Position numbers and translations under genes: made by a program. The notes beneath the pieces are model-generated. The model saw only the letters and a list, made by a program, of their open reading frames with translations, did no database searches and was not told the DNA's origin. Shown in pieces: positions 34,599 to 44,500 of a stretch of 64,000 nucleotides of DNA. Numbering within the stretch: position 1 is the first letter of the stretch; every line of letters begins with the position of its first letter. The stretch comes from Asaia bogorensis (lineage in GTDB: Bacteria > Pseudomonadota > Alphaproteobacteria > CACIAM-22H2), in assembly GCA_945901855.1 (NCBI GenBank), contig CAMDLT010000018.1, positions 3,245-67,244 of the forward strand. The letters are read 5' to 3'.

Positions 34599-35927
34599 TT
34601 AAAACGCGTATTTAGGATTGACCACGCGCGTGCGGCGTTTCGCCTCGTCGCGCAGTGCGCCGTGCAGGCCCCTGTCGGCATCGTGGGAACCGCCGCGAAT
34701 GCGTGCGACCAAGTCGCGGCAATCGACCGCGGTCGTCTCGCTTGAAATCGAACGCGCGACGATGCCCATCGCATTGGCGACCATCAGCCCTTTAAGGCGC
34801 AGATCCTCGCTCAATGCAGGCACCAGTTCGCGCACCAAAACGTCGCGCGCAAGTGCGGCAAGTTCGGTTGCGTTCGCGCGATCTTCGGGCAGGTTGGCTG
34901 GCAAGGCGCTCGCTTCGGCTTGCGCATCGATCGAGGCTAGCATTTCGTATTCGAGCTCCGCGATGCGCCGCCCCGTGATAGCAAGATCGAGCGAGGGCTC
35001 GCCGCCCGCGACGAACCGTTCGCTTTGCTGGAGGGCGATGATTGCCCATCTTGCATGCGCCATGATTTCCCAATAGCGCAGCTTTGCCGGATCGACCGCG
35101 TGGCCGTATCCGCGCAGAAAATCGGCGCGCTCGCCGATCCCGCCCGCCTCGCGCGCCGTCTGCCCAAAGCGCCAGCATTTGGCGCAGAACCAGCCGAGAT
35201 CTTCGAGCGGATCGCTCCACCCCGCAAACTCCCAGTCGAGAATGGCGGTAAGGCCGTTTTCGTCGGCCATGTAGTTGCCCGTGCGAAAATCGCGATGGCA
35301 CAGGACGACCTGCTCCGACGCGGGCGCGTTGCGCTCGAGCCAGCGCAATGCAAGTTCGAGCGCGGGCCGTGCATTGCGATAGCCGTCGAGCCATTTGCGA
35401 TACGCGGCAACCGACGCCAAAGCAGGCGATGCGGGCGGTTCGCCCAGAAACGCGAGATCGCTTTGCGGCGGCGCGATCGCATGCAGTTTGCGAAGCTCGG
35501 CGCCGAGCGTTTCGGCGAGCCGCACGCGGTCGCCGGTCCATTTGGCGTCGTTGGTCAGAATATGCCCGAGCGCCGTTCCGTTGGCGCGCCGCATCACATA
35601 GAACGGCTTGCCGATAATTGCGGGCTCGGCGCAAAGCGCGATCGGCTCGGGCACGGCGACGCCCGCGCGATGCGCAGCGCCAAGGATGGCAAACTCGGCC
35701 GCGCGCCCGTGGCTGACGGCAACGCCCGTCGGCGCGTCGGTGCGCAGCACGGCATCGAGCTTGCCCTCGAACGCGCCGCCGCGCACGCGCGCTTCGAACG
35801 CCCAGTTCTCCTGAATGGCGCCGCCCGTCAATTGCCGCCAGGAAACGATCTGCACCTGGTTGGCGCCCAAGGCGCCGATCAGCCAGCCCGCCAGTCTGGG
35901 CGGGGCGGCGTGTGCAGTCAGCGCCAT
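34599..35927 (-). CDS. APH-type phosphotransferase (LvaA/ACAD10-11 kinase-like) fused to a C-terminal DUF6285-like segment
   Basis: Kinase core VVLCHRDFRTGNYMADENGLTAILDWEFAGWSDPLEDLGWF (HRD...DWE). The C-terminal ~105 aa (ATELAALARDVLVRELVPALSEDLRLKGLMVANAMGIVARS...LVARIRGG...VVNPKYAF) resemble the small protein that is a separate ORF next to such kinases elsewhere. ATG 35927 overlaps the ACAD stop by 10 nt. Confidence 0.85.
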   Translation of the reverse strand: MALTAHAAPPRLAGWLIGALGANQVQIVSWRQLTGGAIQENWAFEARVRGGAFEGKLDAVLRTDAPTGVAVSHGRAAEFAILGAAHRAGVAVPEPIALCAEPAIIGKPFYVMRRANGTALGHILTNDAKWTGDRVRLAETLGAELRKLHAIAPPQSDLAFLGEPPASPALASVAAYRKWLDGYRNARPALELALRWLERNAPASEQVVLCHRDFRTGNYMADENGLTAILDWEFAGWSDPLEDLGWFCAKCWRFGQTAREAGGIGERADFLRGYGHAVDPAKLRYWEIMAHARWAIIALQQSERFVAGGEPSLDLAITGRRIAELEYEMLASIDAQAEASALPANLPEDRANATELAALARDVLVRELVPALSEDLRLKGLMVANAMGIVARSISSETTAVDCRDLVARIRGGSHDADRGLHGALRDEAKRRTRVVNPKYAF

Positions 35928-37114
35928 CCCCAAAACTCCGTGCCTTCGTTGGCGAGGAATTTGGCGAGCACCATCTTGTGCACTTCCGAGGCGCCGTCAA
36001 CCAGGCGGGCCTGCCGGGCGTAGCGATACATCCATTCCAGCTTGGTATCGCGCGAATAGCCGCGTGCGCCCATGAGCTGGATGGCCGTGTCGATGGATTT
36101 GTGCAGCACGTCGGCGACGGCAACTTTGGCCATCGACACTTCTTTGCGCGCAAAATCCCCCTGATCGAGCTTCCAGGCCGCGCGCATCGTCAAAAGGCGG
36201 CCGGTTTCGATCTGCATGGCAGATTCGCCCAGCATCCACTGCACCCCTTCGTGGTCGATCAGCTTGTGGCCGAAGCTTTTTCGGTTCTGCACGTAGGGCA
36301 ATGCGATTTCGAGCGCGCGCCGCGCCATGCCAAGCCAGCGCATGCAATGCGTCAGCCGCGCCGGACCCAACCGGATCTGCGTGAGTTTGAGCCCGTCGCC
36401 CACTTCCATGAGGCGGTCGGCATCGTCGATTTCGAGCCCGTCGAATTCGATTTCGCAATGGCCGCCATGTTCTTCGGGTCCCATGATCGGGATGCGCCGC
36501 ACGATGCGCCAGCCCGGCTGGTCGGCATGGAAAAGAAAGGCGCTGAGGCCCTTGCGCGCGTCGTTCGACGTCCGCGCGATCAGGATGAAGTGCTTGGCTT
36601 CGCCAGCCCCGGTGATGAACCATTTCTTGCCGCGCACGATCCATTTGCCGCGCCGCTTGGTCGCGCTCGTCAGCATCATCGTGGGGTCCGAGCCCGAGCC
36701 CGGATCGGGTTCCGTCATCGCGAAGGCCGAGCGCACCTTGCCTTCGGCGATCGGCATCAGCCATTTTTTCTGCTGTGCGGCGCTTGCAACTTTGGCCAGC
36801 ACCATCATGTTGCCGTCGTCGGGAGCGGCCGAATTGAAGCAGACCGGTCCGAACAGGGCGCGACCCATTTCCTCGTAGCACGCGGCCATGCCGACTTTGT
36901 CGAGCCCGCCCCCGCCCAGTGCTTTGGGCAATTGCAGCGACCACAGGCCCGCCTTTTTGGCTTTCGCGCGCAGGGTCTGCAGCAGATCCAGGCGCACATT
37001 CTCGCCGTCGCCCCAGTTGATGTCGTGCGCTTCGAGCGGGATCAGCTCTTTTTCGACGAAATTGCGAACGGCGAGGCGCGTGCGCTCGACCTTCGGCGTC
37101 AGGGTGAAATCCAT
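35918..37114 (-). CDS. acyl-CoA dehydrogenase family protein, ACAD10/11 (LvaC)-like
   Basis: Start at ATG 37114 (MDFTLTPKV...). SAFAMTEPDPGSGSDPT, GKKWFITGAG, EEHGGHCEIEFDG, RLGPARLTHCMRWLGMARRALE, EVSMAKVAVA and RLVDGASEVH match the ACAD10/11-type subfamily strings as I recall them. Confidence 0.9.
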   Translation of the reverse strand: MDFTLTPKVERTRLAVRNFVEKELIPLEAHDINWGDGENVRLDLLQTLRAKAKKAGLWSLQLPKALGGGGLDKVGMAACYEEMGRALFGPVCFNSAAPDDGNMMVLAKVASAAQQKKWLMPIAEGKVRSAFAMTEPDPGSGSDPTMMLTSATKRRGKWIVRGKKWFITGAGEAKHFILIARTSNDARKGLSAFLFHADQPGWRIVRRIPIMGPEEHGGHCEIEFDGLEIDDADRLMEVGDGLKLTQIRLGPARLTHCMRWLGMARRALEIALPYVQNRKSFGHKLIDHEGVQWMLGESAMQIETGRLLTMRAAWKLDQGDFARKEVSMAKVAVADVLHKSIDTAIQLMGARGYSRDTKLEWMYRYARQARLVDGASEVHKMVLAKFLANEGTEFWGWR

Positions 37115-37124
37115 CGGGGTGCCG

Positions 37125-37769
37125 CTACGGTTTGAAGAAGGGCGCGTTGACAAGCAGCTGCACGTCCATGCGCTGCAGCAGCGGGCTGCCTTCTTTAAGA
37201 TAGGTACCCCACGCCGGATCGGCGGCCATCGCGGCGCGCCGCGCCTGGCGGTCGGCCATGTCCTTGTAGCCCCACATATGCAGAGCCTGGTTAAGACCGC
37301 CAATATCCGACTGGTACCAGCCCACGCAGTTGCCGAGATAGTCGAGCTGCAGCGGCAGCGCCTTTTCTGCGTAGATTTTCAGGAACGCGGGCAGCTTGCC
37401 GTGCTGGACCGTGTAGAGGCGAAAATCCATCACGCCGTAGCTGCCCGAAGGATGGCCCTGGATCGGATAGAAGGGCGCCGGCTTCATGATATTGTTTTGC
37501 TGGCTCGCAAAGATGCCCGCACTTTTGCCGAGCCACGCTTGCCATGCGGGGTCCTGGATCAACTTGTCCCGCTTGGCCTGGCGCTCAGCGATGTCGTTGT
37601 AGCCCCACAGATGGATGGCCGTGTTCATCGTGCCGATCTCGACGCCGTAATAGCCAAGCGGCTGCCCCAGATGGCGCGTCTGCACGGGAAAGCCCTCGGC
37701 AGCGTATTCGCCAAAATAGCCGGGCAGTTTGCCGGGATGGGCCGTATAGCTGCGCACATCGACGATCAT
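37125..37769 (-). CDS. tandem NIPSNAP-domain protein
   Basis: Two ~100-aa repeats, each with the Y..HPGKLP.......A.......LG...GY(Y/W)...IG..N...H(L/M)WGY.D...R pattern: MIVDVRSYTAHPGKLPGYF...HLWGYNDIAERQ and MDFRLYTVQHGKLPAFL...HMWGYKDMADRQ. Confidence 0.85.
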   Translation of the reverse strand: MIVDVRSYTAHPGKLPGYFGEYAAEGFPVQTRHLGQPLGYYGVEIGTMNTAIHLWGYNDIAERQAKRDKLIQDPAWQAWLGKSAGIFASQQNNIMKPAPFYPIQGHPSGSYGVMDFRLYTVQHGKLPAFLKIYAEKALPLQLDYLGNCVGWYQSDIGGLNQALHMWGYKDMADRQARRAAMAADPAWGTYLKEGSPLLQRMDVQLLVNAPFFKP

Positions 37770-37786
37770 GGGAAGAACTCCTGTGG

Positions 37787-38554
37787 TCAGAGAAAGGCCA
37801 GCGTGTGGCCGCCATCGACGACAATTACGCCGCCCGTCATGTAGCGTCCGGCGTTCGACGCGAGCAGCAGCAAGGCGCCGTCGAGATCCGCTGCCTGGCC
37901 GAAACGTCCGACCGCCACGCGTTCGACCATTTTTGCGCCTGCAGCCGAACGCAAATAGTCGCGATTGAGATCGGTTTCGATATAGCCGGGCGCGATCGCA
38001 TTCACGCGAATTTTATGCGGCGCGTAGGCCAGCGCCAACGATTGCGTAAGGCTGATGACCGCAGCCTTGGCTGCCGAATATGCGGGCACGCGCGCGCTTG
38101 GCCGCAATCCCAGGATCGAGGCGATATTGACGATCGATCCGCCCGCCCCCGTCGAAATCATGGCATTCGCAGCCGCCCGCGCGACCGTATTGGCGCCGTC
38201 GAGATTTGTTGCCATCGTATCGCGCCATCCGGCATCGTCGGTTTTGCGCGGATCTTCCTTGCGCGCGATGCCAGCATTGTTGACGCAGATCGCCACCGGC
38301 CCCAATTCGGTTTGTGCGGCAGCAAAACCGGCGGTCACGCTGGCGGCATCGGTCACGTCCATGACAACCGCGAGCGCGCGCCCGTCGAAGGCGGCAATTT
38401 CGGCGCACAGGCTTTCCAACCGGTCGACGCGGCGGGCTGCGAGCGCGACGCGCGCCCCTGCCCGCGCCAGCGTCAGCGCCATCGCCCGGCCAAGGCCGGA
38501 CGACGCGCCAGTGACGAGCGCGACCTGGCCCGCGATATCGAAGGGATTCGTCAT
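37787..38554 (-). CDS. SDR-family oxidoreductase (LvaD-like position)
   Basis: Start at ATG 38554. ALVTGASSGLGRA (TGxxxGxG), NNAG, YSAAKAA (YxxxK). ATGA overlap with the acyl-CoA synthetase stop. Confidence 0.9.
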   Translation of the reverse strand: MTNPFDIAGQVALVTGASSGLGRAMALTLARAGARVALAARRVDRLESLCAEIAAFDGRALAVVMDVTDAASVTAGFAAAQTELGPVAICVNNAGIARKEDPRKTDDAGWRDTMATNLDGANTVARAAANAMISTGAGGSIVNIASILGLRPSARVPAYSAAKAAVISLTQSLALAYAPHKIRVNAIAPGYIETDLNRDYLRSAAGAKMVERVAVGRFGQAADLDGALLLLASNAGRYMTGGVIVVDGGHTLAFL

Positions 38555-40191
38555 GCGATTTCTTGGGCTCGCTTGCGCAGCATGAATTTCTGTATCTTGC
38601 CGGTCGAAGTTTTGGGCAAAGGCCCGTACACGACGTAGCGCGGGCACTTGAAATGCGCAAGCCGTCCGCGCAGCCACGCAATCAGCTCCGCGCCCGAAAT
38701 GCCCGCGACGTTCGGCTTCAGCGTCACGAATGCGCAGGGGGTTTCGCCCCATTTGGCATCGGGCTTGGCAACGACGGCGGCTTCCATGACGGCCGGGTGC
38801 AGATAAAGCGCCTCCTCCACCTCGAGCGAGGAGATGTTTTCGCCGCCGGAAATGATGATGTCTTTGGAGCGGTCTTTGACCTCGACATAGCCGTCTTTGT
38901 GGCGCACCGCCAAATCGCCGGTACGAAACCAGCCGCCCCTGAAAGCCTTTTTGGTCGCCTTGGGGTTTTTCAAATATCCCTTCATCACCGTGTTGCCCTT
39001 GATGGCGATCTCGCCGATCGTTGTGCCGTCCGACGGGACCGGTTTGGCATCGGCCGGATCGAGCACGGCGAGCGCCCCCAACGTCGGATAGGCAACGCCT
39101 TGGCGGGCCATCAGACGCGCGCGCGCGTCGAGCTTCAAATCCGACCAGCCCGGCTGCCACTCGCATAGCGTGGCGGGTCCGTAGCTTTCGGTCAGGCCAT
39201 AGGCGTGCGTCACGCGAAATCCGAGATTTTCCATGGCCGCGATGATGGCCGATGGCGGTGCAGCGCCGCCGGTCATCACCTCCACGCGATGGGGCAGTTT
39301 TTCGCGCACAGTGTCGGGGGCATGCGCCAGCGTGTTCAGCACGATGGGAGCGCCGCACATGTGCGTTACCTTGTTTTGCCGGATCGACGGAAAAATCAGC
39401 GCCGGATCGACGCGGCGCAAACACACATGCGTGCCGCCGACCGACGTGACGGCCCACGTGTAGGACCAGCCCGAACAATGGAACATCGGCAGCGTCCAAA
39501 GATACACGCTCTCGGGCCGCAGGCCGAACACCAGCGCGTTGCCCATCGCGTTCAAGAAGGCGCCGCGATGGTGGTAAACAACGCCCTTGGGATCGCCCGT
39601 CGTGCCGGACGTGTAGAGCAAGCAAATCGCCTGCCATTCGTCTTTGGGCCAGCGGCCCTCGAAGTCCGGCGTGCCTTCGTTCAGAAAATCTTCGTATTCC
39701 AGCGTCGACAGGCGCGGCCCCTCGCCTTTGTATTCGCGGTCGTCGATGTCGATGACGGTCGGTTTGCGTTTGGCGACGGCGAGCGCCGCCTGCATCGTGC
39801 CAGCAAACTCGCGATCGACCAGCGCAAACCGCGTCTCGGCGTGGTCCAGGATGAAGCCGATCGTTGCGGCATCGAGCCGGTAATTGAGCGCGTTGAGCAC
39901 GCCGCCGGCCAGCGGCACGGCATAATGCGCTTCCAGCATGGCCGGAATGTTGGGAGCAAGAATGGAAACCGTCTCGCCGGGTTTGAGGCCGCGCTTGACG
40001 AGCGCATGCGCAAAGCGCCGCACGCGGCCTGCAAACGCCGCATAGGAGATCCGTTGTTTGCCGTGCACGATCGCGGTCTTGGTCGGGTAGACCGCCGCCG
40101 CTCGGAACAAAAATCCAAGCGGCGTCAGCGGCGCGTGGTTCGCCGCATTTTTGTCGAGACCGTCCTCGTAGATCGAGCGTTTCCGCGCCAT
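38551..40191 (-). CDS. AMP-binding acyl-CoA synthetase (LvaE-like position)
   Basis: LLYTSGTTGDPKGV (AMP-binding motif), YGLTE, TGDLA, IISGGENI and TSTGKIQK motifs. 546 aa. Confidence 0.9.
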   Translation of the reverse strand: MARKRSIYEDGLDKNAANHAPLTPLGFLFRAAAVYPTKTAIVHGKQRISYAAFAGRVRRFAHALVKRGLKPGETVSILAPNIPAMLEAHYAVPLAGGVLNALNYRLDAATIGFILDHAETRFALVDREFAGTMQAALAVAKRKPTVIDIDDREYKGEGPRLSTLEYEDFLNEGTPDFEGRWPKDEWQAICLLYTSGTTGDPKGVVYHHRGAFLNAMGNALVFGLRPESVYLWTLPMFHCSGWSYTWAVTSVGGTHVCLRRVDPALIFPSIRQNKVTHMCGAPIVLNTLAHAPDTVREKLPHRVEVMTGGAAPPSAIIAAMENLGFRVTHAYGLTESYGPATLCEWQPGWSDLKLDARARLMARQGVAYPTLGALAVLDPADAKPVPSDGTTIGEIAIKGNTVMKGYLKNPKATKKAFRGGWFRTGDLAVRHKDGYVEVKDRSKDIIISGGENISSLEVEEALYLHPAVMEAAVVAKPDAKWGETPCAFVTLKPNVAGISGAELIAWLRGRLAHFKCPRYVVYGPLPKTSTGKIQKFMLRKRAQEIA

Positions 40192-40268
40192 GCCGGTTTC
40201 CTTCCCTGGTCTGCATTGTCCGAAACGCCCCCTAGGCGCGTCAATCGTTCAAATGCTAGGCTTGCGCC

Positions 40269-40898
40269 ATGATCCGCATCGACATCGTCTCCGACGTCAT
40301 CTGCCCCTGGTGCTTTATCGGCAAACGGCGGCTCGAGCGCGCCTTGGCGGCCGAAGCGCCCGGCGAAATTCAGATTGGCTGGCGCCCGTTCCAGCTCAAT
40401 CCCGACATGCCGCTCGAAGGCATGTCGCGCAAAGACTATCTGCGCGCCAAATTCGGCACGGACGACGGCGGGGAGCGCTACAAACACGTGATCGCCGCGG
40501 GCCTCGAAGAAGGCATTCCGTTTGCGTTCGAGCGCATGCAGCGCACGCCCAACACGGTGCGCGCCCATCGGCTGATCCGTTGGGGCGAAACCAACGGCCG
40601 TGCCGATGCGACCGTCGAGGCTTTGTTTGTCGCGTATTTTGTTGGCGCGCGCGACATCGGCGATATCGACGTGCTGGTCGATGTTGCCAGCGCAGCAGGG
40701 CTCGATGCCGCCGCAGCACGCAGCTATCTCGAATCCGACGCGGACGACGCGTTGATCCGCGAGGAAGACGCATTTGCGCGAAAGGTCGGCATCAACGGCG
40801 TGCCGGCCTTCGTGATCGAGCGCAAATATTTGATTTCCGGCGCCCAGCCGCCCGAAATGTTCGCCGACGTGTTTCGTCAGGTGCGCGAAGCGGCGTGA
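40269..40898 (+). CDS. DsbA-family oxidoreductase (FrnE / 2-hydroxychromene-2-carboxylate isomerase-like)
   Basis: MIRIDIVSDVICPWCFIGKRRLERAL with a CPWC redox motif, and C-terminal INGVPAFVI. Confidence 0.85.
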   Translation: MIRIDIVSDVICPWCFIGKRRLERALAAEAPGEIQIGWRPFQLNPDMPLEGMSRKDYLRAKFGTDDGGERYKHVIAAGLEEGIPFAFERMQRTPNTVRAHRLIRWGETNGRADATVEALFVAYFVGARDIGDIDVLVDVASAAGLDAAAARSYLESDADDALIREEDAFARKVGINGVPAFVIERKYLISGAQPPEMFADVFRQVREAA

Positions 40899-40903
40899 CG
40901 GCG

Positions 40904-41581
40904 ATGGCCTGCGCTTGTCTGTCGCGGCGATTTTTCTTGGCAGGGTTTGCGGCATTGGCGGCCAGCCCGGCTTTGGGTCAAGCGCCGGCCTGCAAACCCG
41001 CGCGGCCCACCTACTCGGTGCGCAAACATCCGCTTCAGGCGGCAGTCGATTACTCCCTGCCGACGGCGGATCTGGCCCGCGTGCGCAACACGCGCGACGG
41101 GCTGTTTGGCACGCGCACCCTGCACGGCCAAGCGCCTGCAGGGCTGACGCTCGCCGATTTCAAACTCGACTGGAGCCTGACCGCAACCAGCATCGGCAGC
41201 GGGCGCCAGAGCTGCGTGGCGCCCGAGCATGTTGAGGTCGATCTGCGTATGGAGCGCCATCGCATCTATGTCGCGCGCGACGCCACGCAGTCCGGCACGT
41301 GCCGACGCGACGTCGTGCTCGAACATGAAAGTCGCCATGTGCGCATCAATTTGGACTTCATCGAGGATGCCAGAACGCGCATCGAGCGCGCCTTGGCCGA
41401 GCACGTGCCGCAGCTTGGCACTGTTTCGGGCAGCGCCAATGCAGCACTTGCAACGCTGCGCAGCCGTCTCAAACGGCCGATCGAAGGCGCTTTCCAGTCG
41501 GCGCTGAGCGTCGCCAACGCGCGCCATGCCGAAATGGACACGCGCGAAGCCTATGCGCGCGATTGGTCGCGCTGTTCGTGA
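40904..41581 (+). CDS. secreted HExxH protein (DUF922-like putative zinc peptidase) with twin-arginine-type signal
   Basis: Start at ATG 40904: MACACLSRRFFLAGFAALAASPALGQAP (S-R-R-x-F-L Tat-like motif). HExxH at VVLEHESRHVRI. The rest of the 463-aa track ORF overlaps dsbA out of frame. Confidence 0.6.
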   Translation: MACACLSRRFFLAGFAALAASPALGQAPACKPARPTYSVRKHPLQAAVDYSLPTADLARVRNTRDGLFGTRTLHGQAPAGLTLADFKLDWSLTATSIGSGRQSCVAPEHVEVDLRMERHRIYVARDATQSGTCRRDVVLEHESRHVRINLDFIEDARTRIERALAEHVPQLGTVSGSANAALATLRSRLKRPIEGAFQSALSVANARHAEMDTREAYARDWSRCS

Positions 41582-41584
41582 ACG

Positions 41585-44500
41585 CTATGCCGCGATCTTG
41601 GCGAGCTCGCCCAGCAATTTGCGCATGCCTTTGAGCCGGTCGGCCGGCTCGTCCCAGGCGCGCAAATAGACCAAGCGATGGTCCGGGCGCAGCTTCAGCA
41701 GCGTCGGCTGCTTGAAGACCATTTGGATCAGCTTGTCCGGGGCCGCGAACTTGTTTTTGCGGAAACCCAGCACGGCGCCCTTGGGACCCGCATCGACCTT
41801 GTCGACGCCCGCAAGTTTGCATAGACGCTTGAGTTCGATGATGTCGAGCAGGTTCTGCACTTCGGCGGGTAGCGGGCCGAACCGGTCGACGAGTTCGGCT
41901 GCAAACGCATCGATCTCCGCGCGATCGACAAGGCCCGACAGGCGCCGATACAGCCCCAAGCGCACATTGAGATCGCGCACATAATCTTCGGGGATAAGGA
42001 CGGGCGTGCCGAGACCGATTTGCGGCGCCCATTCGTCGGCGCCGTCTTTTGGGCCCGAACTGCGCGCCGCATTGACGGCATCCTCCAGCATCTGCTGGTA
42101 AAGCTCGACGCCAACCTCGCGGATATGGCCGGACTGTTCCTGGCCCAGCAGATTGCCGGCGCCGCGAATGTCCAGATCGTAGGACGCAAGCTGAAAGCCG
42201 GCCCCCAGGCTGTCGAGGGTTTGCATTACTTCCAAACGCTTTTGCGCGCCTGCCGACAGCACGCGGTCGCCGGGCACGGTGAAATACGCGTAGGCGCGCA
42301 GCTTGCCGCGTCCCACGCGCCCGCGCAGCTGGTAGAGCTGCGCCAGTCCGAACATATCGGCGCGATGGATGATCATCGTGTTGGCGGTCGGGATGTCGAG
42401 CCCGCTTTCGATGATGTTGGTCGACAGCAGAATATCGAAACGGCCCTCGACGAAGCCGACCATCACGTCTTCGATTTGGGTCGGCGTCAACTGGCCGTGC
42501 GCGACGGCAATTTTGCATTCGGGCACGGTCTGCTGCAGGCGCTCGCGCACCGCGCCCAAATCCTCGATATGCGGCACGACGTAGAAGGTTTGCCCGCCGC
42601 GGAATTTCTCGCGCATGATCGCCTCGCGCACGACCACCGGATCGAAGGGCAGAACGAAACTGCGCACCGCCAATCGGTCGACCGGCGGGCTTGCGATCAG
42701 CGAGAGATCGCGCACGCCCGCCAGCGCCATTTGCAGCGTGCGCGGGATCGGCGTCGCCGAAAGCGTCAGCACATGCACGTCGGCGCGAAGTTCTTTGAGG
42801 CGTTCCTTTTGGGTCACGCCAAAATGCTGCTCCTCGTCGACCACGACGAGGCCGAGCTGCTTGAACTTGACCGCTTTGGCAAGCAACGCGGTCGTGCCGA
42901 TGACGATTTCGACCCGGCCTGCTTCCATCTCCAGGCGCGTCTGTGCCTGGTCCTTTGCCGGTACGAGCCGCGAGAGCTGGGCAACGCGCACCGGAAAACC
43001 TTCGAAGCGTTTTTTGAAGTTCCGGTAATGCTGGCGGGCCAGCAGCGTGGTGGGCACAACGACCGCGACCTGCACCCCCGCCATTGCGGCAACAAACGCC
43101 GCGCGCAAGGCGACTTCGGTCTTGCCGAATCCAACGTCGCCGCACACCAGCCTGTCCATCGGCTTGCCGGCCGCAAGATCGTCGAGCGTGTCGGCGATCG
43201 CGCGCGCCTGGTCCTCGGTCTCGACATAGGGGAAGCGCGCGCAGAACTCGTCGAACAGGCCTTCGGCAGGCGCAAACCGTTCGCCTTCCCGCAATTGGCG
43301 TTCGGCGGCGAGCTGGATCAGGTGGTTGGCTATTTCGAGCACGCGCTTTTTGACGCGCGCCTTTCGCGATTGCCACCCTGCCCCGCCAAGTTTGTCGAGC
43401 TGGGCGCCGGCATCTTCGGATCCATAGCGCGACAGCATCTCGATATTTTCGACCGGCACAAAAAGCTTGTCGTTGTCGGCATAGACAATGCGCAAGCAAT
43501 CGTGCGGCGCGCCCGCAACTTCGATCGTCACCAGGCCGTCGTACCGGCCAATTCCGTGATCGACATGCACGACATAGTCGCCCTCGCCCAGCGCCGCCGC
43601 TTCGGTCAGGAAATTGTCAGGGCGTTTGCGCTTGCGCGCCGCGCGCACCAGCCGGTCGCCGAGCACGTCCTGCTCGGTGATCGCGGCAAGATTGGGTGTG
43701 GTGAATCCGTTTTCGAGACCCAGCACGGTCGTCGCCACGATTTGCGGTGCCAACGCATCGATCTCGGCCGCCGTCTTGACCGTCGCGGTTTCGGACAGCC
43801 CGTGCTCTTTGAGAAGGTGGGCGAGCCGTTCGCGCGAGCCTGCCGAATAGGCGCAGATCAGCACGCGCCGCCCCGCCGCACGTTCGGCCGCGACGCGCGC
43901 GCGCACGGCATCGAACAGGTTGGCGTCGGGCTTGGCGCGCTCGGCCGCAAAATCGATGCCGCCCCGCCCGCCTGCATCGACGCAATCCGCCCCCACGGGC
44001 CGCGCAAACGGCGTCAGTGCCACGACCGCGCGCTTGGCCAGGAAATCGCGCCACTGCGCAGGTTTCAAATACAGTGCCTCGGTCGGCAACGGATTGTAGC
44101 TCGATGCCGTCTCGCCGAACTGGTCGGCGGATTTTCCCTTGCGGAAGGCGTCGCGCGCGAGCATGCGCGCTTCGAAAAACTCCTCGATCTGTTCGAAGCG
44201 CGCGGATGCCGCTTCCTCGATCTGGTCGTCGAGCGAAACCACTGCGTCCGGCAAATAGTCGAACAGCGTTTCGAGCCCGTCATGAAATAGCGGCAGCCAA
44301 TGCTCGAACCCCGGATAGCGCTGGCCGGCCGACACGGCTGCATAAAGCGCGTCGCGCGCATCGACCGCGCCAAACTCGCCGCGATAGCCCAGGCGAAAGC
44401 GCTCGATCGAGTCCGGATCGAGCAGCACTTCGCTGACGGGCTTGAGTGCAAACGCGTCGAGCGTGCCGCTGCTCTTTTGCGTCATCGGATCGAACCGACG

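Noticed and set aside
37787-40216. 809-aa track ORF spanning the SDR and acyl-CoA synthetase region
   Set aside because: Only the last 255 aa (from ATG 38554) form an SDR. The remainder is out of frame across the acyl-CoA synthetase gene, whose own frame (38551-40191) has the AMP-binding motifs.
40190-40903. N-terminal 238 codons of the 463-aa plus-strand track ORF
   Set aside because: This part overlaps dsbA (CPWC motif in its own frame) out of frame. The real downstream gene starts at ATG 40904 with a signal peptide.
42020-44290. 756-aa plus-strand ORF
   Set aside because: Antisense to mfd, the same high-GC artefact. The mfd frame carries all the helicase motifs.
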